Shown piece after piece: positions 31,036 through 43,778 of a stretch of DNA of 64,000 nt (the first letter of the stretch is position 1; every line of letters starts with the position of its first letter). The stretch is from the NCBI GenBank assembly GCA_964016885.1, contig OZ024755.1, positions 40,548,001-40,612,000 of the forward strand, in the 5' to 3' direction. Below the pieces are notes generated by a model. It was not told where the DNA came from, did not search any database, and saw nothing but the letters and a program-made list of their open reading frames with translations. This DNA is from Eledone cirrhosa (lineage: Eukaryota). Made by a program: the position numbers and the translations under genes.

Positions 31036-31082
31036 TCCTTTGTTCTGTCCTACGCCAAGATGGCGTAGGACAGAACAAAGGA
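31036..31082. repeat. Perfect 22-bp hairpin with 3-nt loop
   Basis: tcctttgttctgtcctacgcca-aga-tggcgtaggacagaacaaagga. Confidence 0.95.
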
Positions 31083-31091
31083 TTGCGGGGA

Positions 31092-34000
31092 GGGCTGTGA
31101 TGGTTGGTGGATGGTGGTATTGGGGGGGAGATTGTGATGGTTGGTGGATGGTGGTATTGGGGGGGACTGTGATGGTTGGTGGATGGTGGTATTGGAGGGG
31201 GTCTGTGATGGTTGGTGGATGGTGGTATTGGAGGGGGTCTGTGATGGTTGGTGGATGGTGGTATTGGGGAGGAGATTGTGATGGTTGGTGGATGGTGGTA
31301 TTGGGGGGGAGATTGTGATGGTTGGTGGATGGTGGTATTGGGGGGACTGTGATGGTTGGTAGATGGTGGTATTGGGGGGGGACTTTGATGGTTGGTGGAT
31401 GGTGGTATTGGGGGGGGGACTGTGATGGTTGGTGGATGGTGGTATTGGGGGGGGACTGTGATGGTTGGTGGATGGTGGTATTGGGGCGGGGGGACTGTGA
31501 TGATTGGTAGATGGTGGTGTTGGAGGGGGACTGTGATGGTTGGTGGATGGTGGTATTGGGGGGGACTGTGATGGTTGGTGGATGGTGGTATTGGGGGGGG
31601 ACTGTGATGGTTGGTGGATGGTGGTATTGGGGGAGGACAGTGATGGTTGGTGGATGGTGGTATTGGGGGGGGGACTGTGATTGATGGTGGATGGTGGTAT
31701 TGGTGGGGACTGTGATGGTTGGTGGATGGTGGTATTGGGGGGGGGGACTGTGATGGTTGGTGGATGGTGGTATTGGGGGGGACTGTGATGGTTGGTGGAT
31801 GGTGGTATTGGGGGGGACTTTGATGGTTGGTGGATGGTGATATTGGGGGGGGACTGTGATGGTTGGTGGATGGTGGTATTGGGGAGGGGAGATTGTGATG
31901 GTTGGTGGATGGTGGTATTGGGGGGGGACTGTGATGGTTGGTGGATGGTGGTATTGGGGGGGTGGGCTGTGATGGTTGGTGGATGGTGGTATTGGGGGAG
32001 GACAGTGATGGTTGGTGGATGGTGGTATTGGGGCGGGGGGTTTGTGATGGTTGGTGGATGGTGGTATTGGGGGGGGCTGTGATGGTTGCTGGATGGTGGT
32101 ATTGGGGGGGACTGTGATGGTTGGTGGATGGTGGTATTGGGGCGGGGGGTCTGTGATGGTTGGTGGATGGTGGTATTGGGGGGGGGGGGGGCTGTGATGG
32201 TTGGTGGATGGTGGTATTGGGGAGGGGACTGTGATGGTTGGTGGATGGTGGTATTGGGGGGGCTGTGATGGTTAGTGGATGGTGGTATTGGGGGGGCTGT
32301 GATGGTTGGTGGATGGTGGTATTGGGGCGGGGTGACTGTGATGGTTGGTGGATGGTGGTATTGGGGGGGACTGTGATGTTTGGTGGATGGTGGTATTGGG
32401 AGGACTGTGAAGGTTGGTGGATGGTGGTATTGGGGGGGGGACTGTGATGGTTGGTGGACTGTGGTATTGGGGGGGCTGTGATGGTTGGTGGATGGCGGTA
32501 TTGGGCGGGACTGTGATGGTTGGTGGATGGTGGTATTGGGGGGACTGTGATGGTTGGTGGATGGTGGTATTGGGAGGACTGTGATGGTTGGTGGATGGTG
32601 GTATTGGGGGGGGGACTGTGATGGTTGGTGGATTGTGGTATTGGGGGGGCTGTGATGGTTGGTGGATGGCGGTATTGGGGGGGACTGTGATGGTTGGTGG
32701 ATGGTGGTATTGGGGGGGACTGTGATGGTTGGTGGATGGTGGTATTGGGCGGGCTGTGATGGTTGGTGGATGGTGGTATTGGGGGGGCTGTGATGGTTGG
32801 TGGATGGTGGTATTGGGGGGGACTGTGATGGTTGGTGGATGGTGGTATTGGGGGGGACTGTGATGGTTGGTGGATGGTGGTATTGGGGGGACTTTGATGG
32901 TTGGTGGATGGTGGTATTGGGGGGACTGTGATGGTTGGTGGATGGTGGTATTGGGGGGGACTGTGATGGTTGGTGGATGGTGGTATTGGGGCGGGGGGTC
33001 TGTGATTGTTGGTGGATGGTGGTATTGGGGAGGGGACTGTGATGGTTGGTGGATGGTGGTATTGGGGGGGCTGTGATGGTTAGTGGATGGTGGTATTGGG
33101 GGGGCTGTGATGGTTGGTGGATGGTGGTATTGGGGCGGGGTGACTGTGATGGTTGGTGGATGGTGGTATTGGGGGGGACTGTGATGTTTGGTGGATGGTG
33201 GTATTGGGAGGACTGTGAAGGTTGGTGGATGGTGGTATTGGGGGGGGGGGACTGTGATGGTTGGTGGATTGTGGTATTGGGGGGGCTGTGATGGTTGGTG
33301 GATGGCGGTATTGGGCGGGACTGTGATGGTTGGTGGATGGTGGTATTGGGGGGACTGTGATGGTTGGTGGATGGTGGTATTGGGAGGACTGTGATGGTTG
33401 GTGGATGGTGGTATTGGGGGGGGGGACTGTGATGGTTGGTGGATTGTGGTATTGGGGGGGCTGTGATGGTTGGTGGATGGCGGTATTGGGGGGGACTGTG
33501 ATGGTTGGTGGATGGTGGTATTGGGGGGGACTGTGATGGTTGGTGGATGGTGGTATTGGGCGGGCTGTGATGGTTGGTGGATGGTGGTATTGGGGGGGCT
33601 GTGATGGTTGGTGGATGGTGGTATTGGGGGGGACTGTGATGGTTGGTGGATGGTGGTATTGGGGGGGACTGTGATGGTTGGTGGATGGTGGTATTGGGGG
33701 GACTTTGATGGTTGGTGGATGGTGGTATTGGGGGGACTGTGATGGTTGGTGGATGGTGGTATTGGGGGGGGACTGTGATGGTTGGTGGATGGTGGTATTG
33801 GGGCGGGGGGTCTGTGATTGTTGGTGGATGGTGGTATTGGGGCGGGGGGTCTGTGATGGTTGGTGGATGGTGGTATTGGGGCGGAGGGTCTGTGATGGTT
33901 GGTGGATGGTGGTATTGGGGCGGGGGGACTGTGATGGTAGGTGGATGGTGGTATTGGGGGGGACTGTGATGGTTGGTGGATGGTGGTATTGGGGGGGACT

Positions 34001-35366
34001 GTGATGGTTGGTGAATGGTGGTATTGGGGGGGACTGTGATGGTTGGTGGATGGTGGTATTGGGGGGGGGGGGCTGTGATGGTTGGTGGATGGTGGTATTG
34101 GGGGGGACTGTGATGGTTGGTGAATGGTGGTATTGGGGGGGACTGTGATGGTTGGTGGATGGTGGTATTGGGGCGGGGGGTCTGTGATGGTTGGTGGATG
34201 GTGATATTGGGGCGGGGGGTCTGTGATGGTTGGTGGATGGTGGTATTGGGGCGGGGGGTCTGTGATGGTTGGTGGATGGTGGTATTGGGGGGGGCTGTGA
34301 TGGTTGCTGGATGGTGGTATTGGGGGGACTGTGATGGTTGGTGGATGGTGGTATTGGGGGGGGCTGTGATGGTTGGTGGATGGTGGTATTGGGGGGGACT
34401 GTTATGGTTGGTGGATGGTGGTATTGGGGGGGGGGGGCTGTGATGGTTGGTGGATGGTGGTATTGGGGGGACTGTGATGGTTGGTGGATGGTGGTATTGG
34501 GGCGGGGGGTCTGTGATGGTTGGTGGATGGTGGTATTGGGGTGGGGGGACTGTGATGGTTGGTGGATGGTGGTATTGGGGGGGACTTTGATGGTTGGTGG
34601 ATGGTGGTATTGGGGGGGACTGTGATGGTTGGTGGATGGTGGTATTGGGGGGGCTGTGATGGTTGGTGGATGGTGGTATTGGGGGGACTGTGATGGTTGG
34701 TGGATGGTGGTATTGGGGGGGGGGGCTGTGATGGTTTGTGGATGGTGGTATTGGGGGGACTGTGATGGTTGGTGGATGGTGGTATTGGGGGGGACTGTGA
34801 TGGTTGGTGGATGGTGGTATTGGGGGGGACTGTGATGGTTGGTGGATGGTGGTATTGGGGGGGGACTGTGATGGTTGGTGGATGGTGGTATTGGGGGGGG
34901 GGGGGGGGCTGTGATGTTTGTTGGATGGTGGTATTGGGGGGGACTGTGATGGTTGGTGGATGGTGGTATTGGGGGGGACTTTGATGGTTGGTGGATGGTG
35001 GTATTGGGGGGACTGTGATGGTTGGTGGATGGTGGTATTGGGGAGGACTGTGATGGTTGGTGGATGGTGGTATTGGGGGGGAGATTGTGATGGTTGGTGG
35101 ATGGTCGTATTGGGGGGGAGATTGTGATGGTTGGTGGATGGTGGTATTGGGGGGGAACTGTGATGGTTGGTGGATGGTGGTATTGGGGGGGACTGTGATG
35201 GTTGGTGGATGGTGGTATTGGGGGGGAGATTGTGATGGTTGGTGGATGGTGGTATTGGGGGGGAACTGTGATGGTTGGTGGATGGTGGTATTGGGGGGGG
35301 GGCTGTGATGGTTGGTGGATGGTGGTATTGGGGGGACTGTGATGGTTGGTGGATGGTGGTATTGGA
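31092..35366. repeat. G-rich ~34-42-bp minisatellite with variable poly-G
   Basis: Unit ctgtgatggttggtggatggtggtatt(g)n(a); explains the MVVLGG / GGWWYW ORFs. Confidence 0.97.
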
Positions 35367-35384
35367 GATGATTCCCTACCTACA

Positions 35385-38019
35385 TGGTGGTGGTGGTGGT
35401 GGTAGTGGTGGTTGTGGAGGTAGTGGGTGTAGTGTTGGCGTTAGTAGTGGTAGTTGTGGTGGTGGAGGTAGTGGTGGTAGTGTTTGTGTTGGTATTGGTG
35501 TTGGTATTGGTGTTGGTAGTGGTGGTGGCTGTAGTGGTGGTAGTGGTGGTTGTGGTGTAGATGTAAGTTGGTAGTGATAATGGTGGTGGTGGTGGTAGTA
35601 ATAGTGATAATGGTGGTGGTGGTGGTGGTGGTGGTAGTAGTGATAATGGTGGTGGTGGTGGTAATAGTAGTGATAATGGTGGTGGTGGTGGTAGTAGTAG
35701 TGATAATGGTGGTGGTGATGGTGGTGGTAGTAGTAGTGATAATGGTGGTGGTGGTGGTAGTAGTAGTGATAATGGTGGTGGTGGTGGTAATAGTAGTGAT
35801 AATGGTGGTGGTGGTGGTAGTAGTAGTGATAATGGTGGTGGTGATGGTGGTGGTAGTAGTAGTGATAATGGTGGTGGTGGTGGTAGTAGTAGTGATAATG
35901 GTGGTGGTGATGGTGGTGGTAGTAGTAGTGATAATGGTGGTGGTGGTGGTAGTAGTAGTGATAATGGTGGTGGTGGTGGTGGTGGTAGTAGTGGTGATAA
36001 TGGTGGTGGTGGTGGTAGTAGTAGTGATAATGGTGGTGGTGGTGGTGGTGGTGGTAGTAGTAGTGATAATGGTGGTGGTGGTGGTAGTAGTAGTGATAAT
36101 GGTGGTGGTGGTGGTGGTGGTGGTGGTGGTAGTAGTAGTGATAATGGTGGTGGTGGTGGTAGTAGTGGTGATAATGGTGGTGGTGGTGGTAGTAGTAGTG
36201 ATAATGGTGGTGGTGGTGGTGGTGGTGGTGGTAGTAGTAGTGATAATGGTGGTGGTGTTGGTGGTGGTGGTAGTAGTGATAATGGTGGTGGTGGTGGTAA
36301 TAGTAGTGATAATGGTGGTGGTGGTAGTAGTAGTAGTGATAATGGTGGTGGTGATGGTGGTGGTAGTAGTAGTGATAATGGTGGTGGTGGTGGTGATGGT
36401 GGTGGTAGTAGTAGTGATAATGGTGGTGGTGGTGGTAGTAGTAGTGATAATGGTGGTGGTGGTGGTGGTGGTGGTAGTAGTGATAATGGTGGTGGTGGTG
36501 GTAATAGTAGTGATAATGGTGGTGGTGGTGGTGGTGGTAGTGATAATGGTGGTGGTGGTGGTGATGGTGGTGGTAGTAGTAGTGATAATGGTGGTGGTGG
36601 TGGTGATGGTGGTGGTAGTAGTAGTGATAATGGTGGTGGTGATGGTGGTGGTAGTAGTAGTGATAATGGTGATGGTGGTGGTGGTGGTAGTAGTAGTGAT
36701 AATGGTGGTGGTGGTGGTGATGGTGGTGGTAGTAGTAGTGATAATGGCGGTGGTGGTGGTAGTAGTAGTGATAATGGTGGTGGTGGTGGTGGTAGTAGTA
36801 GTGATAATGGTGGTGGTGATGGTGGTGGTAGTAGTAGTGATAATGGTGGTGGTGGTGGTGATGGTGGTGGTAGTAGTAGTGATAATGGTGGTGGTGGTGG
36901 TGGTAGTAGTAGTGATAATGGTGGTGGTGGTGGTAGTAGTAGTGATAATGGTGGTGGTGGTGGTAGTAGTAGTGATAATGGTGGTGGTGGTGGTGGTGGT
37001 GGTGGTGGTAGTAGTAGTGATAATGGTGGTGGTGGTGGTAGTAGTGGTGATAATGGTGGTGGTGGTGGTAGTAGTAGTGATAATGGTGGTGGTGGTGGTG
37101 GTGGTGGTGGTGGTGGTAGTAGTAGTGATAATGGTGGTGGTGGTGGTGGTGGTGGTGGTAGTAGTAGTGATAATGGTGGTGGTGGTGGTGGTGGTGGTAG
37201 TAGTAGTGATGATGGTGGTGGTGGTGGTGGTAGTAGTAGTGATAATGGTGGTGGTGGTGGTGGTAGTAGTAGTGATAATGGTGGTGGTGATGGTGGTGGT
37301 AGTAGTAGTGATAATGGTGGTGGTGGTGGTGATGGTGGTGGTAGTAGTAGTGATAATGGTGGTGGTGGTGGTGGTAGTAGTAGTGATAATGGTGGTGGTG
37401 GTGGTAGTAGTAGTGATAATGGTGGTGGTGGTGGTAGTAGTAGTGATAATGGTGGTGGTGGTGGTGGTGGTGGTGGTGGTAGTAGTAGTGATAATGGTGG
37501 TGGTGGTGGTAGTAGTGGTGATAATGGTGGTGGTGGTGGTAGTAGTAGTGATAATGGTGGTGGTGGTGGTGGTGGTGGTGGTGGTGGTAGTAGTAGTGAT
37601 AATGGTGGTGGTGGTGGTGGTGGTGGTGGTAGTAGTAGTGATAATGGTGGTGGTGGTGGTGGTGGTGGTAGTAGTAGTGATGATGGTGGTGGTGGTGGTG
37701 GTAGTAGTAGTGATAATGGTGGTGGTGGTGGTAGTAGTAGTGATAATGGTGGTGGTGGTGGTAGTAGTAGTGATAATGGTGGTGGTGGTGGTGGTGGTGG
37801 TAGTAGTAGTGATAATGGTGGTGGTGGTGGTAGTAGTAGTGATAATGGTGGTGGTGGTGGTGGTGGTGGTGGTAGTAGTAGTGATGATGGTGGTGGTGGT
37901 GGTGGCGAAAGCAGTGACGTCAGCGGTGATGAAAACTATGACCACGATCATGGTAATCACTGTGACTGTGACAATGATGATGATGATGGGGAAGAGGAGG
38001 GTGGCGACGACGATGATGG

Positions 38020-38059
<40 letters not shown>

Positions 38060-38150
38060 AAATAGTGGTAGGAGGAGAATGGTGGTGGTGGTGGTGATGA
38101 TGACAGTTACAATGATGGTGATGATGATGATGATGATGATGATGATGGTA
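35385..38150. repeat. Compound triplet array (GGT)n(AGT)n GATAAT, ending in (GAT)n
   Basis: Direct; source of the 897-aa poly-V and 839-aa poly-T ORFs. Confidence 0.96.
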
Positions 38151-38479
38151 ATGTTGAATTATGCAAAATCTATTCCCAGTATCGATTACATTAGAATACC
38201 GCCGTCTTCTCATTGGGAGGTATCAATACTCTTTCATCTCTAATAACGAACAAAGAATTTAATTACATTAGAATAAATTAATAATGAATACCTTGAATGT
38301 CTAACTGTAGAAAGCAGTGAGATGTGAGAGATATCTTTACATGGCAGTCGAGATCACAGCATTGTTGTCTGACTGTAGTAAGTGGTGAGATATTAGAGAT
38401 ACACTTACCTGGACAAACACATTCTTCCTGGCCTTGTTTACCTGTTGTAGATGTTATGCAATGTTCTGTCGCTGATTCA

Positions 38480-39880
38480 TTTTAGGTCTTCCTTGTTTTC
38501 TTTTGTATCCTGCAACCCAGCATAAAGTTTAGTTGGCTGGTCTCGTTTATGGGAGTCAGGAATGGTGTCCAAGCCAGGTAAGGCACCTTTTGTTCCACTG
38601 GTCTTGTTTGTCGTTGTCTGGAAATGTGTCCAAGCCAGGTAAGGCACCTTTTGATCTATTGGTCTCGTTTGTGGCAGTCTGGAAATGTGTCCAAGCCAGG
38701 TAAGGCACCTTTTGATCTATTGGTCTCGTTTGTGGCAGTCAGAAATGGTATCCAAGCCAGATAAGGCATCTTTTGCAGATTTTAGAAGATACTAGCTGCT
38801 GGCCTGTTCGTTCCTTGATTTCTTTAATTGTAATGTAGCTGTTCCGTTTGATTCTAAGGACTTTCCTCGGGCATTGGGAGTCAAAATCATCTTTTTCTAT
38901 TGACTGCTTTTGAGTTGTGACGTCTCTCAACCGTACAGAAGTGTAGAGATCACATTGATATGTAGAATCTTACTTTCTGCTTGAGAGAAAACCTTTTACT
39001 GGCCCAGATTTTGTTGAGTTGGTTAAACGCCGCCTATACTTTCCTTATTCTACAGCCCAGCTCATGGCTTATGCCACCTTAATAATGAATTGAACGTCCA
39101 ATGTAGGTGAACTTCTCAACATTGTCAATTCTTTACTGGTTTACTGTGACATCGGAGTAAGAGTTATGATTGCCTATGGTCATGCTTTTGGTGTTTCTCG
39201 CACTGGTCAAGGCCAGGAGATGGTTGTTGATAGCATTATCGAATTTTTGTACATCTGTGTTTTCAGTTAATGCCGTAATATCATATGTAAAGTCTAAGTC
39301 GGTCAGCTGGGTACCGTCGACCCGGGGTGTACTCTTAGTTGATGTTACCAACTTCTGTACCCAATCAATTGCCATTGCAAACAAGAAGGAAGACAAAATA
39401 CGTCCCTGCCTTACTCCTGTAAGGAAACTGAACCATCCACTCACTCCGTCTCCCGTGCCTACACAACATTAGGTGTTTTTGTATATTCTAGAGATGGCAC
39501 CAACTAACGTCTCTGGTATTCCATGAGCGAAGGGTTCTTCAAAGAGAGGGGCGATGGATGCTGCCAAAGGCTTTACTGAAATCGATAAAGCTGACAGGAA
39601 GACTTAATAAGGTTGGCATTTCTCTATGACAGGGTTAATGCCATAGTTAATGTTGCTCAGCACATGATCTTTTGGGTCGGAATCCAACCTGTTGTTGACA
39701 CAAGCGAGAATCAATCATGCCTGGTGAATGATTCATTATCATCCAACAGTATACCTTCTCGGGCACTGAAAGGAGAGTTACTCCACATCAGTCGTCACAA
39801 TCAAATAAACTCCCTTTCTTAGCTATGTACACAATAGTGTCATTGTTCCAATCCTCAAAGATCTCTCGTGTCTCCCACAC
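38480..39880 (-). mobile_element. Decayed non-LTR retrotransposon (RTE-like LINE) reverse transcriptase fragment
   Basis: Minus-strand peptides VWETREIFEDW, TGVRQGRILSSFLFAMAIDWV, LTDLDFTYDI (decayed FADD), LRKVLRI-like, WLGH and KRKQGRPK, broken by stops and frameshifts. Confidence 0.88.
38539..38776. repeat. 61-bp tandem repeat (4 copies) inside the LINE 3' region
   Basis: ccaagccag at 38569, 38630, 38691 and 38752. Confidence 0.9.
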
Positions 39881-40150
39881 ATATATAGTAAAGTGGGATA
39901 ACCAGCACTACATCTCTTCTTACATGATGCCCCATAGGAATGTGTTTATAGCATAGTTGACACGAACTAAAGTTGAGGAGCCGCATGTCAAAACAATGTT
40001 TCTATTGGTCTTTCTATTGTTTATAAGGTTTGTTAGTAACAACTCCTGGCTGAAGGAGGTAGGATTTGAAATCAAAACACACAGAATCAGATCAGACAGC
40101 ATAACACATACCGTGACACATTAACAATTCCACCAACACCCCACACAATG

Positions 40151-40225
40151 ACTGGTACCTTATCTACCGACTCCTGAAGAGATGAAAAACAAAGCTGACC
40201 TGGATGAGATTTGACCTCAGAACAC
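40151..40225 (-). mobile_element. Diverged SINE core fragment
   Basis: actggtacc..ccgactcctgaagagatgaaaaacaaagctgacc..gatttgacctcagaac resembles the family 1 core. Confidence 0.65.
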
Positions 40226-40945
40226 ATTGAATCGGAGAAAAAGCTGAGACATTTGTTCTGAAACTCCAAAATATGTTTAGCAAATGTAATATTTAAAGAT
40301 ATTTTGTTTCTCAAATAAAACTATAAGAAGGAACATAAATATGGCTGAAACAATAATATAGACAGACATAGAGAAATGAAATAGACAAAAACATGGAGAC
40401 TATAAATACATGGAACAATAACTTTTACCATATTGTTGTAATAATGTTGTAGAAGACAGACAATTAAACATTGATTCGTTCTTACATCAAAGCAATATTC
40501 TATGAAAAGACATTTCGTCTCTGGCTTTTATTACATTGAAATAAATACATCATTTAAATAAATGTCCCTCAAAACTAAGATTTTCCTCAATTAAAAGCAA
40601 ATATTACCGGAATTATGGTAGATTTTCGCTGATAACGAATAGTAAATTATTTGTTGTAACTCTAAAAATATTAACCTAGTTAGTGGTGCAAGTCTTGTCG
40701 AAAATATTTACATTTAAATAATAAATATAATACACAGCATATATTTGAAAATTTATAGTTAGCTTCTTCTTGTGATTCTAAACTCCGCCAATTGCAGATG
40801 GCGCATCAACATGAGATATCTCTCTTCACAAAGTTCGATTACCAACAGCAGAGTTTAAAGAGAAAAGATCAAGCCCAGTCCATTATCAAGCTATTGTTTG
40901 GGTGCCGGTCTCTGCTTCTTTTATCCGCCAACCTTCCATCCAGGC

Positions 40946-41017
40946 ATAGTTATATCTACCTTAGACTAACTAGAGTATCATAATTTACTCTAGTTAGCTT
41001 AAGGTAGATATAACTAT
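40946..41017. repeat. 72-nt hairpin with 32-bp stem
   Basis: atagttatatctaccttagactaactagagta-tcataatt-tactctagttagcttaaggtagatataactat; one G-U and one mismatch. Confidence 0.92.
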
Positions 41018-41148
41018 TTTTTATATAGAAGCCTCAGGTCTGGTGGGTCATTCTTTTCACATCTGGGATTTCTAATTAAAAAATGGCAGATATATCTACC
41101 GCAGGTTTACCAAAAATCTTACAATATTTACTTCTTAAAGATAATACC

Positions 41149-41202
41149 AGCGGGGTCGACTTTGCCTTGCATTTTTCTGTGGTCGATAAAATAATTAACA
41201 AT
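41149..41202 (+). mobile_element. SINE core fragment
   Basis: ggggtcgactttgccttgcatttttctgtggtcgataaaataa. Confidence 0.6.
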
Positions 41203-41364
41203 ATTTAGTGTGAAAAAAACAACAGATAGATAGGGGAAAGAAATGGGGAAGACAGCAATCTCTCTACCCCTGGCTTGGTGTTACTTAATATATATACAGT
41301 GTGTGCATATATACACATACACACTCTATATACACACACACAAACATATATATATATATATATA

Positions 41365-42235
41365 TACAGAATATAAAACAATCAAATTTTTGTTTAATGC
41401 ATTTAATTGCTGACAATCGTTTCTTCCAGACGACTATCTGGGATCATCGGAGTATAGACAACAGAAACCGTCGGATTAATGTTGCTTTATATACTTATTT
41501 AAACTTCACCAATCTATGCTTATTGAGTATACACGCCACAACTATAAATATTAACATTTCTTGCATAAAATATTCACATTATCCCCAACATAAACATTTT
41601 TACACTAACTCCAATATAAACATCTTTGAATTCAACTGATTTGCCATTTAATATTTACATAGTATTTATATCTATGTTATCATTATGTATCAATTTTACC
41701 TTAATGGATGCTATTATTAACGTTCTGTGCGTAGTATGCCTGATATTTTTACTTTTACTTGTACTCTCTTATAACACCTTTCAATATTTTGATATCATTT
41801 TACTGTAATATTATGTAAATGCTTGCTATCATTTTGCATCTGTATTACCTTAATGCATACTATTATTAATTGTATGTGTAATATGCTTGATATACTCACT
41901 TTAAATAATAACCTCTTTATAACAGCTTCCAATATTTGGCTATCTTTTCAATGTAATATTTTATTACTCTTGTTTTTCAATATGATGTCACTGACACAGT
42001 TAATAATAATGTACCTTAATGAATGTTCTAAGGATTAGGAATGTAATTACTTGTTTAAACATTGTATATGCTCCGATGGATCAGATAGTTGTCTGGCAGA
42101 AACGATCGTCAGCAATTAAATGCATTAAACAAAAATGTTATTGTTTTATGTTCTGTATTTCTGCTCTGTAATACATCTGATAATATACATGGATATAATT
42201 CTCTTACTGGTAATTGGGTAATACAATATATTACC
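41365..42235. mobile_element. Family A element: two diverged, outward-facing hammerhead-bearing repeats around a ~600-bp AT-rich spacer, flanked by (TA)n
   Basis: 41365-41462 is the reverse complement of 42062-42157. Each has CCGATG(A/G)..cagat-agt(c/t)-gtctgg..GAAACGAT(T/C)GTC agc. Confidence 0.78.
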
Positions 42236-42291
42236 CTTTCGTATTTATAATTGTATATAGATTATATACATAAGTATAAATACTATTATTA

Positions 42292-42500
<209 letters not shown>

Positions 42501-42550
42501 ATTAATAAATGGAAACTATCTTTATAAAACCATATTTATTCTATTATTTA

Positions 42551-42730
42551 TGGATTGGCAGTATCGGTAGAGGGTCGGACGCCATGCTTTCCAGCATAGT
42601 TACGTCCCTTTACGATCTGAGTTCAAATCCCGCCGAGGTTGACTTTGCCTTTCATCCTTACGGGGTCGATAAAATAAAGTACCAGTAATGCACTGGGTAA
42701 TTGCTGGCCTTGTGCCTAAAGTAGAAACAA
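42551..42730 (+). mobile_element. Family 1 SINE with TSD attatttat
   Basis: Near full-length match to the other copies. Confidence 0.9.
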
Positions 42731-42780
42731 TTATTTATATTTCAAGGGAACCAAAATTTTGGTACCCTCTCATCAGATAA
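42731..42780 (-). ncRNA. Decayed minimal hammerhead adjacent to the SINE insertion
   Basis: Minus strand reads ttat CTGATGA gaggg t accaa-aatt-ttggt t ccctt GAAAT ATA aataa. Confidence 0.55.
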
Positions 42781-42992
42781 AATACAAATGTTGTTTTATA
42801 AATATTGACATATCCAAAAAACAAGAACATATCGTTTTAAGTTCAGTTTGGATAGTGACAGAAATGTCTAATCTTAGGATGAATGTGTTAATCAGGCTAA
42901 ACGTACAGTTGAAAAAGATCGTTACATTTAGCCGCTAGGTAAATTTAAATATTTAAGGGCAGAGAGAGAAGGGTTAATATTAATATTAATAT

Positions 42993-43778
42993 TACTTGAT
43001 CTGAGACTGTGTTGTACATGTCTGCTAAGTGACTTGATCTGAGACTGTGTTCTACATGTCTGACAGGTGACTTGATCTGAGACTGTGTTGTACATGTCTA
43101 GTAGGTGACTTGATCTGAGACTGTGTTGTACATGTCTGGTAGGTGACTTGATCTGAGACTGTGTTGTACATTCTGACAGGGGACTTGATATGAGACTGTG
43201 TTGTACATGTCTGACAGGTGACTTGATCTGAGACTGTGTTGTACATGTCTGGTAGGTGACTTGATCTAAGACTGTGTTGTACATGTCTGACAGGTGACTT
43301 GATCTGAGACTGTGTTGTACATGTCTGACAGGTGACTTGATCTGAGACTGTGTTGTACATGTCTGACAGGTGATTTGATCTGAAACTGTGTTGTACATGT
43401 CTGACAGGGGACTTGATATGAGACTGTATTGTACATGTCTGACAGGTGACTTGATCTGAGACTGTGTTGTACATGTCTGGTAGGTGACTTGATCTAAGAC
43501 TGTGTTGTACATGTCTGACAGGTGACTTGATCTGAGACTGTGTTGTACATGTCTGACAGGTGACTTGATCTGAGACTGGGTTGTACATGTCTGACAGGTA
43601 ATTTGATCTGAGACTGTGTTGTACATGTCTGACAGGGGACTTGATCTGAGACTGTGTTGTACATGTCTAGTAGGTGACTTGATCTAAGACTGTGTTGTAC
43701 ATGTCTGACAGGTGATTTGATCTGAAACTGTGTTGTACATGTCTAGTAGGTGACTTGATCTGAGACTGTGTTGTACAT
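42993..43778. repeat. 38-bp minisatellite, ~20 copies
   Basis: Unit tgacttgatctgagactgtgttgtacatgtctgacagg. Confidence 0.97.

Noticed and set aside
30926-35574. Gly/Trp-rich ORFs
   Set aside because: Products of the G-rich array; frames shift with poly-G length.
35441-38243. 839-aa poly-Thr (mucin-like) and 897-aa poly-Val ORFs
   Set aside because: Pure triplet slippage keeps both strands open; no Pro/Ser, signal peptide or domain.
38405-38450. Minus-strand 33-nt micro-exon with gtaagt donor
   Set aside because: Weak acceptor and lies at the 3' end of the decayed LINE.
42928-43626. CQTC-repeat ORFs resembling zinc fingers
   Set aside because: Translation of the 38-bp minisatellite.
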